NCBI GenBank assembly: GCA_965215975.1
Contig: OZ244136.1
Location: 1,358,418 to 1,422,417 of the forward strand
Length of the DNA stretch: 64,000 bases
Direction: 5' to 3'
DNA from: Dehalococcoidia bacterium
Lineage (GTDB): Bacteria; Chloroflexota; Dehalococcoidia; Lucifugimonadales; UBA3495
Shown here: piece after piece, positions 54,605-64,000 of the stretch
Layout: each line of letters opens with the position of its first letter
Position numbering within the stretch: the stretch's first letter is position 1
Notes under the pieces: model-generated
What the model was told of the DNA's origin: nothing
Seen by the model: only the letters and a program-made list of their open reading frames with translations
Databases searched by the model: none
Position numbers and translations under genes: made by a program

Positions 54605-55636
54605 TTACAGCCGTGGCCCCATAAAGGTGGCGGGCTGTTTGCGGTATACCTGAATACGGTTGCGAGGACCCTCGCAGACGTACACGGCGTTGCTGTCGTC
54701 CACTGTGACACCGCTGGGGGCCCAGAAGTCTTTCTCCCGTTCCATTCCCTGCGCGCGGTCACGCTCACCCCACATCTCCGGGTTGGCGTCCAATTTGTCC
54801 TGGCCCCACTTGGAGACGGTGGCGTCGCCAGTCTTCAACGCTGCAAAGTTGCCGTCCGGGTCGAAGACCTGCAGGCGATTGTTCATCCAGTCGGCGACAT
54901 ATATGATGCCGTCCTGGTCCACGGCCACGTCGGTAGGGCGGTCTAGCTCGCCCTCGCCGGAGCCGGAGGAACCGAACTTCATCAGGAAGCTGCCGTCGGC
55001 GCTGAATTTCTGGATGCGGTCGTTGCGCCAGTCGGCGACGTAGATGTTGCCCCGCCCGTCGATGTCGATGCCCCAGGGCATATTGAGCTCGCCGTCGCCA
55101 TCGCCCAGGGTGCCGAACTGGGACAGGTATTGCCCGTCCCTGGTGAACTTCTGTACCCGGTGGTTCAAGCTGTCAACCACGAAGACGTTATCGTCCTGGT
55201 CAAAGACCATGCCGGCGGGATGGTTCAGCTCGCCGTCACCGCTGCCACTGCGCTCTTCCCACTTGCCTACGTACTCGCCGTCCCTGGTGAAGATGGATAT
55301 GCGGTTGAGCCACTCGTCGGAGACGAAGACGTTGCCGTCGCCGGCAATGGCCACGCATACCGGCCATACCAGGGAACCATCATCGAAGTTGTACTCGTGG
55401 GGCCCCTGCTGCGGGACGCCGCGGGCGAAGGCGTTGACGTACTCTTCATCCACGGTGCACACGGCAATGCGGGTGCCCTCGGGCCGGTACTCGGAAGAGC
55501 GGCACACTACGTACATCAGGTCGTCCTGGCCCCGGGCCAGGTGTATCGGGTAGGTAAAACCGGGTCCGAACTGCTCGCCACGCCCGATGGTATGGCTGTA
55601 TTGTAGCTGTACATGCGATATTCGGGTTGGAGTCAT
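54605..55636 (-). CDS. NHL-repeat beta-propeller protein
   Basis: Repeated NHL units (GELNHPAGMVFDQDDNVFVVDSLNHRVQKFTRDGQYLSQFG; GELNMPWGIDIDGRGNIYVADWRNDRIQKFSADGSFLMKFG; GELDRPTDVAVDQDGIIYVADWMNNRLQVFDPDG). The internal ATG at 55636 avoids overlap with the upstream gene. Confidence 0.85.
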   Translation of the reverse strand: MTPTRISHVQLQYSHTIGRGEQFGPGFTYPIHLARGQDDLMYVVCRSSEYRPEGTRIAVCTVDEEYVNAFARGVPQQGPHEYNFDDGSLVWPVCVAIAGDGNVFVSDEWLNRISIFTRDGEYVGKWEERSGSGDGELNHPAGMVFDQDDNVFVVDSLNHRVQKFTRDGQYLSQFGTLGDGDGELNMPWGIDIDGRGNIYVADWRNDRIQKFSADGSFLMKFGSSGSGEGELDRPTDVAVDQDGIIYVADWMNNRLQVFDPDGNFAALKTGDATVSKWGQDKLDANPEMWGERDRAQGMEREKDFWAPSGVTVDDSNAVYVCEGPRNRIQVYRKQPATFMGPRL

Positions 55637-55655
55637 ACAAACCTCACAGAGTTGA

Positions 55656-56789
55656 CTAAATAAACTCCATTTGCTCAAAGGCGCCGTTGACGATGGGGTT
55701 AGCGTCCAGGCCCATCCACTTCTCTATGAGGGTGGAGTAGATGCCCCGGAAGTCGTTGTTGAAGTGCAGGTCGCCCTCCAGCAGCTTATCGTCTTCCAGC
55801 GACGGGTATTCGCCGTAGAGGCCGCCCTTGACCGGGTCGCCCACCACGAAGGCCACCCCGCCCGAGCCGTGGTCGGTGCCGGACCCGTTGTCGTGGACCC
55901 GACGGCCAAACTCGGTGAAGACCAGCAGCACCACGTTGTCTGCGGCGTCGTGTTCCTTGAGGTCGTCATAGAAGTCGGCCACGGCGGCGGAAGTCTCATT
56001 CCACAGCCGGGTGTGGTTCATCAGTTCGCCGGCGTGGGTATCAAAGCTGTTGTACGGAGCGGTAGTGTAGAGCACCCGGGTGCCCAGGTTGGCCAGATGC
56101 ACCTGCGCGATGTTGCGCATGTACTGGGCCACGGTGTCGCCGCCGTACTCCACGCCGGACGAATACATGGCCGGGGCCGTGCTGAGAATATCGGCCCCTT
56201 CCAGGGCATCAAGGCCGGTCTGGGCGAAGTAGTCCAGCACCGGGCCCTGTCCCAGCATGGGAGAGTAAACCCGGGAAAACACGTCGAGAGCCTTGGACCG
56301 CTGCTCTTCAACTTCAATGCCGGTTAAAACACCGTAGGTCTCCAGATTGCCCACCGAGGCCACCGGAACACCGGGAGCGACCAGTGAGCGGGGCAGACCG
56401 CGACCAAAGTTGACGCCGGTCAGCACGTTTTCCTTACCGGGATCCAGGTCGCGAACGGCGCGGCCCAGCCAGCCTTCATCTCCCACCTTTTCCGGCTCGC
56501 AGGTATGCCAAATGTCCATAGAGCGGAAGTGGGAGCGGCTGGGTGAAGGGTAGCCCACACCCTGAATGATGGCGACCTTGCCCGCATCGTACAACCGCTT
56601 CATCGGCGCCATAGCCGGATTGAAGCCGATATAGTCGTTGATGGGCAATACCCTGTCGAGGTCAATTCTTACGTTGGGCCGGTTGTCCATGTACAGGGGG
56701 TCACCGTAAGGCACGATAGTGTTCAGGCCGTCGTTGCCCCCGGACAACTGGAGCACCACCAGCACCGGGTCTTTCTTGGTGGATGTCAT
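55656..56789 (-). CDS. DUF1501-domain (sulfatase/alkaline-phosphatase-fold) protein lacking a Tat signal
   Basis: VLVVLQLSGGNDGLNTIVPYGDP, SHFRSMDIWHT and FTEFGRRVHDNGSGTDHG motifs typical of DUF1501. The N-terminus begins directly at the mature domain. Confidence 0.8.
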   Translation of the reverse strand: MTSTKKDPVLVVLQLSGGNDGLNTIVPYGDPLYMDNRPNVRIDLDRVLPINDYIGFNPAMAPMKRLYDAGKVAIIQGVGYPSPSRSHFRSMDIWHTCEPEKVGDEGWLGRAVRDLDPGKENVLTGVNFGRGLPRSLVAPGVPVASVGNLETYGVLTGIEVEEQRSKALDVFSRVYSPMLGQGPVLDYFAQTGLDALEGADILSTAPAMYSSGVEYGGDTVAQYMRNIAQVHLANLGTRVLYTTAPYNSFDTHAGELMNHTRLWNETSAAVADFYDDLKEHDAADNVVLLVFTEFGRRVHDNGSGTDHGSGGVAFVVGDPVKGGLYGEYPSLEDDKLLEGDLHFNNDFRGIYSTLIEKWMGLDANPIVNGAFEQMEFI

Positions 56790-56803
56790 ATTTCCCCCTT
56801 ACG

Positions 56804-58210
56804 TTATGCGAATAGGTACTCGGTGGTCGACACAATGGACTGCAGCATCTGGCCGACCCTCGTTCCGAACTCTTCAGCGCCGGTATTGACCTCGCCTTCA
56901 CTGCGGGCCAGCTCCACCAACTCGTTGCGGGTCAGGTCGGCCAGCTCGTAGGCTCCCAGCAACTCCAGGCAGCCGTCCACCAGTCGCTCCGCCGAGATGG
57001 TGTCGCCCTCGGACCGTAGCCGGTTGATGATGGCCTGGACTCCGCGATGGCTGGTGTTGCCCACGGCGTCAGCGGTGAAGTTGATACGCTCTACCAGGGT
57101 GCCGCTGTCAATCCATTCACGGCCGGTGTGCCAGCCCTCTACCGTCGGCGGGTTCAGAAGGTCCTGGCCCATGTAACGTATGGACAGGGCCATGGCATTC
57201 AGGCCTGGTTTGGGCATTTCGAAGTCGCCGACCAGGCGCATGGTACCGACCACGGTCTCCGTGGGACTCTTGACCTTTGTGAAGCGGGAATCCTTGAAGA
57301 AATCGGCGTTGAACAGCACCCGCAGCATCGAGCGGATGTCGTAGTTGGAGCGGAAGTACTCGTCTTCCAGCATCTTGATGGCTTCCGGGTCCCGGGGCGG
57401 CGTGTCCTGCCAAGCCGGTACCTGGGGCTCATCGGCGACGAAGAAGTTGTAGAGGTGCCGGGCAATGAACCGGGCCGTGCCGGGCTGCCTGGCGATAATC
57501 CTGACTATGTCCTCGCCGTTCCAGTTGCCCGTCTCGCCCAGGAAAGTCTTGTCATCGTAATCGTGGTCAGACGGGTCGTAAATGAAAGCGGCCTCGTACT
57601 TGCCGTAGGGGTACCTGGGGATGGAGTTGGTCACTGTCCAGCCGGTGAAGGCACGGGCGCACTCCTTGACGTCTTCCTCAGAGTAATTGGCCTGTCCGTC
57701 CATGCCAACACCCAAGGAGAAGAGTTCCAGAAGCTCGCGGCCCCAGTTCTCGTTGATGGCGTCCTTGTGGCTCATGCAGTTGTCCAAATAGAACACCATG
57801 GCCGGGTCGTGCGCCAAACCCATCAGCAGGTCGGAGAAGTTGGCCATGCCCACGGTGCGGAACATGTCGAGTTCAATCTGCTGCTGCCGGGGGTATTCAC
57901 ACTTGGCGTGGCCAGTGCAGAAAATCTGGTGCCAGAAGAGGGCGATTTTTTCCTCCAGCGGACGCTTGGTGTTGATCATTCGGAAGGCCCATTCTTCCTG
58001 CTGGCCTTCAAGTCCTGCCTGAGAAACCCACTGTGGCTGATAGCGCATCAAAACGTCACGCTCGATCGCGGGCTGCGTGTCAGGATTCAGCAATTCCTCC
58101 ACAGTGGCTTCGTAGCCCTTGGCCGCACGGGCCTCCAGTTCCTCATACATCGCGCCAAAACCGGCACGGCGCATTAAGTGGGCCATTAATGCAATATCCT
58201 GGTTTGCCAT
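56804..58210 (-). CDS. DUF1800-domain protein
   Basis: HLMRRAGFGA N-terminal motif and WHQIFCTGHAKCE..., ELFSLGVG patterns typical of DUF1800. Usual partner of DUF1501. Confidence 0.8.
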   Translation of the reverse strand: MANQDIALMAHLMRRAGFGAMYEELEARAAKGYEATVEELLNPDTQPAIERDVLMRYQPQWVSQAGLEGQQEEWAFRMINTKRPLEEKIALFWHQIFCTGHAKCEYPRQQQIELDMFRTVGMANFSDLLMGLAHDPAMVFYLDNCMSHKDAINENWGRELLELFSLGVGMDGQANYSEEDVKECARAFTGWTVTNSIPRYPYGKYEAAFIYDPSDHDYDDKTFLGETGNWNGEDIVRIIARQPGTARFIARHLYNFFVADEPQVPAWQDTPPRDPEAIKMLEDEYFRSNYDIRSMLRVLFNADFFKDSRFTKVKSPTETVVGTMRLVGDFEMPKPGLNAMALSIRYMGQDLLNPPTVEGWHTGREWIDSGTLVERINFTADAVGNTSHRGVQAIINRLRSEGDTISAERLVDGCLELLGAYELADLTRNELVELARSEGEVNTGAEEFGTRVGQMLQSIVSTTEYLFA

Positions 58211-58829
58211 TCCAATCCTCCTAAATCCATCTACTTAGTAGGCCTCTGGCAACACCCTGTCTATTACGATTTCCGATGATATTTTATAAAAGGTAAAGAG
58301 ACTTAGTTCATTTTACCTTCTATATGATCAAGAAACTGAATGACAAGGCAGTAGCGTTGCAGGTTTAAGCATCATAATATGCTCAACCCTAAATCGCGTC
58401 AAGCTGGTGCCACATTTCACCTTGGGGAATCTTGACGGTTGTAGGAGAGCTTTGGAGCCCCCAGTGTCGGGGGCAAGCTTACTGGAGGGCTATTTGTAGT
58501 TAACTTGTCGAGACACGAAGCCCGGGTGCCCGATTAAGCTGACAAGTGTAGCGGTCGAACATCAGGAAACCAGATATAGTATTAGCGCGGAATGAAGGGC
58601 AAAGGTTGCTTCGTGTAGGCCTATCCGGCGGAGACAACTTAGTCGCTCTTTGGCGGTCACCGATCGGCCATCGCTTTGTCGAGCGAGGGGGCCCTGGAGC
58701 ATCTCTAAGGGCTATGACAACGCCAGGCTTTGGAGGCTTTGGCAGTGGGAGCAAACCTAAGGTCGGCACGCATGTTTCAGTGGAGGCCAGGGTGCCATAT
58801 CTTGAATCCGAACGGGACCGCTAAGTGTA

Positions 58830-58858
58830 TTGACTTTTCATAGACCCAAAGTTACATT
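58830..58858 (+). promoter_or_regulatory. Candidate sigma70-type promoter of the cox operon
   Basis: TTGACT (58830-58835), 17-nt spacer, TACATT (58853-58858), about 37 nt upstream of the coxM ATG at 58895, which follows GGAGGA. Confidence 0.5.
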
Positions 58859-58894
58859 CAGCAAGTCTACCTTCAGCCTGGAATGGAGGATCTT

Positions 58895-59758
58895 ATGATA
58901 CCGCCAAGATTCCAGTACCATGCCCCCACTACCCTGGACGAAGCCCTCTCCCTGCTTAACGACTATGGCCCCGAAGCCAAGGTACTGGCCGGCGGCCAAA
59001 GCTTGATCCCCCTGATGAAGCTCCAACTGGCAGCCCCGGCCCATATCGTGGACATCAATCGGATTCCCGGGCTGGCCGATGTCCGCGAAGAAAACGGCAA
59101 CCTTCACATTGGCTGTCTTACCCGGGAATCGGACCTGGATTCTTCGGATTTGGTCCGCTCCGGCTATCGCATTCTTCACGACACTACGTCTGTCATCGCC
59201 GACCCGCTGGTGCGGAACATGGCCACCGTCGGCGGTAATCTGGCCCACGGCGACCCGGCCAACGACCACCCGGCTACGATGGTAGCCTTGGGAGCCAGCG
59301 TTGTAGCCACCGGTTCGGGTGGCGAGCGCGTAATTCCGGTGGCCGACTTCTTTGAGGGGCCTCTGACCACCGCCTTGGCCCAGGGAGAAATCCTTACCGG
59401 CATCCGCGTGCCCACACCCCCGGCGGGGAGCGGCAACGCCTACCTCAAGCTGGAGCGCAAGGTTGGCGACTATGCCACAGCCGGCGTCGCCGTTGCCATC
59501 ACTATGTCCGGCGGCGTGTGCCAACAGGCCGGCATTGGCCTGACTAACGCGGGGCTCACGCCGGTAAAGGCGACTAGCGCCGAGACCTTCCTGGCCGGCA
59601 AGCAGTTGGACGACGATACGATTCGAGAGGCGTCGCGCTTGGCCGCTTCCGAAGCCCAGCCCATGGCGGACCTGCGAGGTTCCGAGGAGTATAAGCGGGA
59701 TATGGTACGCGTTCTGACCGGTCGGGCCCTTCGCCTGGCTTTGGAACGAGTCGTTTAG
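58895..59758 (+). CDS. coxM: Aerobic CO dehydrogenase medium (FAD-binding) subunit
   Basis: [21 protein letters not shown]...[17 protein letters not shown]-binding pattern. First gene in M-S-L order. Confidence 0.85.
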   Translation: MIPPRFQYHAPTTLDEALSLLNDYGPEAKVLAGGQSLIPLMKLQLAAPAHIVDINRIPGLADVREENGNLHIGCLTRESDLDSSDLVRSGYRILHDTTSVIADPLVRNMATVGGNLAHGDPANDHPATMVALGASVVATGSGGERVIPVADFFEGPLTTALAQGEILTGIRVPTPPAGSGNAYLKLERKVGDYATAGVAVAITMSGGVCQQAGIGLTNAGLTPVKATSAETFLAGKQLDDDTIREASRLAASEAQPMADLRGSEEYKRDMVRVLTGRALRLALERVV

Positions 59759-59787
59759 CGCTGGGAAGTCCCCGTCAGGAGATTAGC

Positions 59788-60291
59788 ATGACTACCGAAG
59801 CAAGTCAGCCACCCATGGTTCAAGTCAAAATTACCCTGAACGGCGAGGAGCGGGAAGCTTCCGTGGAACCCCGCCTCCTGCTGGTCCATCTTATCCGGGA
59901 AACGCTGAACCTTACCGGCACTCACATTGGTTGCGATACCACCCACTGCGGCGCCTGTACCGTCCTGCTGGATGGCCGGCCGGTGAAGTCCTGCACTATT
60001 TTTGCCGTCCAGGCCGACGGGCGCGACGTCAAGACAGTGGAGAGCCTGGCTGTCGGCGGCGCCCTTCATCCGATTCAGGAGGCGTTTACCGAGGAACACG
60101 GCCTCCAGTGCGGCTTCTGCACTCCGGGAATGATGCTGACCGGCGTCGCTTTTCTCGAGAGCAACCCCGACCCCACCGAGACTGAAATACGCCAGGCCAT
60201 CTCCGGCAACCTGTGCCGTTGTACCGGGTACGTCAACATCATCAAGGCCTACCAGTCCGCGGCTGCCAAGCTGCGCGAGAGAGGTGCGTAA
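59788..60291 (+). CDS. coxS: Aerobic CO dehydrogenase small ([2Fe-2S]) subunit
   Basis: Cys clusters [11 protein letters not shown] and CGFCTPGM...CRCTGY. Confidence 0.9.
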   Translation: MTTEASQPPMVQVKITLNGEEREASVEPRLLLVHLIRETLNLTGTHIGCDTTHCGACTVLLDGRPVKSCTIFAVQADGRDVKTVESLAVGGALHPIQEAFTEEHGLQCGFCTPGMMLTGVAFLESNPDPTETEIRQAISGNLCRCTGYVNIIKAYQSAAAKLRERGA

Positions 60292-62655
<2,364 letters not shown>

Positions 62656-62690
62656 GCATTCCCTTAAGTTCGAGGGTTTCCGGAATAGCC

Positions 62691-62719
62691 GTAGGGGCGG
62701 GTTTCAAACCCGCCCCTAC
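62691..62719. repeat. REP-like GC hairpin (GLKPAPT class) between coxL and the xdhC-like gene
   Basis: GTAGGGGCGGG-tttcaaa-CCCGCCCCTAC perfect 11-bp stem with no T-tract. Its reverse translation gives the spurious VGAGLKPAPT peptide of track ORF 62468-62725. Confidence 0.7.
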
Positions 62720-62751
62720 CAACATCCTGCATTTGAAGAGTTTGGAAAGAA

Positions 62752-63741
62752 ATGTTTGACGACCTGCTGGAACAAGTCATAAAGCTGAAGGGCCAGGACA
62801 AGCCCTTTGTCCAAGCCACGGTGGTGGCTTGCCGTCCGCCCACGTCAGCCAAGCCGGGGGCGAAGGCCATTGTGCAAGCCGACGGCAGCTTCTATGGCTG
62901 GGTCGGCGGGAGTTGCGCCCAGCCCCTGGTGGTCCAGGAATCTCTCAAGGCCCTGGGCGACGGCCAGGCCCGGGTAGTCCTCCTTTCACCCAATCCGGAG
63001 GAAATGGACTTGGGACTGGAGGGCGTAGTCCCCATAGCCATGACCTGCCAGAGTGAAGGCACCCTGGCCATCTACCTGGAACCCTTCCTGCCCAAACCCC
63101 AACTGGTGGTCATTGGCAACTCGCCCATGGCCCGCAGCCTGGTGTCCCAGGGCAGCGGCCTGGGCTTCCGAGTCTCCGCCTGCGACCCGTCTGCCAGCCT
63201 GGATCTGTTCCCTATGGCGGACTCCCTGGTCGTGGACCTGGAGAGTATCAAGGGCGGCATCGGCCCAAAGAGTCACGTAGTAGTCGCGACCATGGGCCAC
63301 TACGACGAGGAAGCTCTTGAGGCCGTGGTGAATGGCCCGGCTGGCTACGTTGGCCTGGTTGCCAGCCCTCGGCGAGGCCGCGCGGTTATGGACTTCCTAA
63401 AAGGCAGAGGGATTCCCGCAGAAAGCCTGGAAAGAGTGAAATATCCGGCGGGACTGGACGTGGGGGCGGAAACTCCTGAAGAAATCGCCCTGAGCATCCT
63501 GACCGAAGTGGTACAGAAGATGCGGGCGGCGGGCGGCGGGATAACATTGGAGGCAGCGGAGACCGGAGCCGTGACTACGCCGACAACCGCGGTGGACCCT
63601 ATCTGCAAGATGACGGTCAACGCCACCGAAACCAGGTATCTAACCACTTACCAGGATGAGACTTATTACTTCTGCTGCCTGGGCTGTCTGACCGAGTTTG
63701 AGAAGGAGCCGGAGCGCTACTCCGGCCAGGCTGTCGGCTAG
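62752..63741 (+). CDS. XdhC/CoxF-family maturation protein fused to a C-terminal YHS (TRASH-like) metal-binding domain
   Basis: XdhC_CoxI N-domain (PFVQATVVACRPPTSAKPGAKAIVQADGSFYGWVGGSCAQ), Rossmann-like middle (LVVIGNSPMARSL), and C-terminal DPICKMTVNATETRYLTTYQDETYYFCCLGCLTEFEKEPERY (YHS pattern DP.C.M.V......Y.G..YYFC...C...F...PE.Y). Confidence 0.8.
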   Translation: MFDDLLEQVIKLKGQDKPFVQATVVACRPPTSAKPGAKAIVQADGSFYGWVGGSCAQPLVVQESLKALGDGQARVVLLSPNPEEMDLGLEGVVPIAMTCQSEGTLAIYLEPFLPKPQLVVIGNSPMARSLVSQGSGLGFRVSACDPSASLDLFPMADSLVVDLESIKGGIGPKSHVVVATMGHYDEEALEAVVNGPAGYVGLVASPRRGRAVMDFLKGRGIPAESLERVKYPAGLDVGAETPEEIALSILTEVVQKMRAAGGGITLEAAETGAVTTPTTAVDPICKMTVNATETRYLTTYQDETYYFCCLGCLTEFEKEPERYSGQAVG

Positions 63742-63746
63742 CCCAG

Positions 63747-64000
63747 CTACGCCTTCCCGTACCGGACCGCCACTAACTCCGCCAGGATGGACAGTGCCAA
63801 CTCCGCCGGTGTGCGGGAGCCTATGTCCAAGCCTATGGGCGCCCTTATCCGCTCCAGATCTGCCTCGGTAAACCCGTCCTCCAGCAGCTTCTTCCTGCGG
63901 GCCTCCTGGGTTACCCGGCTGCCTTGCGCGCCGATGTACCTGGCCTTGGAACGGAGGGCGCAGCCCAGGGCGGGGATGTCAAATTTGGGGTCGTGGGTCA
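63747..64000 (-). CDS. Second XdhC-family protein, 5'-partial (continues beyond the window)
   Basis: Hand translation of the minus strand gives ...THDPKFDIPALGCALRSKARYIGAQGSRVTQEARRKKLLEDGFTEADLERIRAPIGLDIGSRTPAELALSILAELVAVRYGKA*, the canonical XdhC C-terminal pattern. Not in the ORF track because no start lies in the window. Confidence 0.75.
   Translation of the reverse strand, partial: THDPKFDIPALGCALRSKARYIGAQGSRVTQEARRKKLLEDGFTEADLERIRAPIGLDIGSRTPAELALSILAELVAVRYGKA

Noticed and set aside
58500-58824. ORFs 58606-58824 (+, 72 aa) and 58500-58769 (-, 89 aa) as protein-coding genes
   Set aside because: They are mutually overlapping on opposite strands, have no RBS, and are Pro/Gly/Arg-rich with no recognisable family. 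I treat the region as non-coding.
58441-58829. The structured spacer core as RNase P RNA, tmRNA, SRP RNA or a CsrB-like GGA sponge
   Set aside because: No GGAAAGTCCGGGC or ACAGAANCCGGCTTA (RNase P) is present. No GGGG...TTCGAC 5' end or T-loop/CCA 3' end (tmRNA) is present. No AGGTCAGGTCCGGAAGGAAGCAGC (SRP) is present on either strand. I counted 10 GGA triplets in about 380 nt, close to random expectation for this composition.

Overview
This is a 64-kb high-GC bacterial chromosomal segment. I found no rRNA, tRNA or CRISPR array. The taxon call is inference only: the gene content, the Glu/Val-rich lipoprotein linker on the solute-binding protein, the form-I CO dehydrogenase and the REP-like hairpin families suggest a Chloroflexota-like aerobe. 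The left third is a housekeeping backbone (hrcA, polX, rpsA, valS, aroE, aroC, metF, acpS, nnr, radC). Three short stretches of visibly lower GC interrupt it: (i) an overlapping ABC-type ATPase plus small Toprim-like protein pair (9446-11172), a split OLD/PARIS-like candidate defence module; (ii) an acidic orphan ORF (14275-14688); (iii) a NucS-like PD-(D/E)xK protein plus a PaREP1-like helical protein (17153-18843). A BrnT/BrnA toxin-antitoxin pair has a nonsense-mutated toxin at 24276-24855. The middle (32.2-39.9 kb) is an accessory, decaying region. It holds a gene-less ~950 bp with an orphan intrinsic terminator, a pentapeptide-repeat/K+ channel fusion, an internally deleted IS3 remnant, a frameshifted IS630 copy with TA duplications, a fragmented lipoprotein/peptidase-like gene, and an IS1182-like element whose transposase carries an in-frame TAG. 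The right half is metabolic: RidA, lactonase, alpha/beta hydrolase, an ERG4/ERG24 sterol-reductase-like protein, a 5-gene peptide-type ABC importer, PrpD-like, MFS, MqnA-like, and a signal-peptide-less DUF1800/DUF1501/NHL cluster. It ends with a form-I aerobic CO dehydrogenase operon (coxMSL, AYRCSFR signature), an XdhC-like protein fused to a YHS metal-binding domain, and a second convergent XdhC gene cut by the window edge. Many long antisense ORFs in the track are high-GC shadow frames and were not called. All family assignments come from motif recognition by eye and need HMM or BLAST confirmation.
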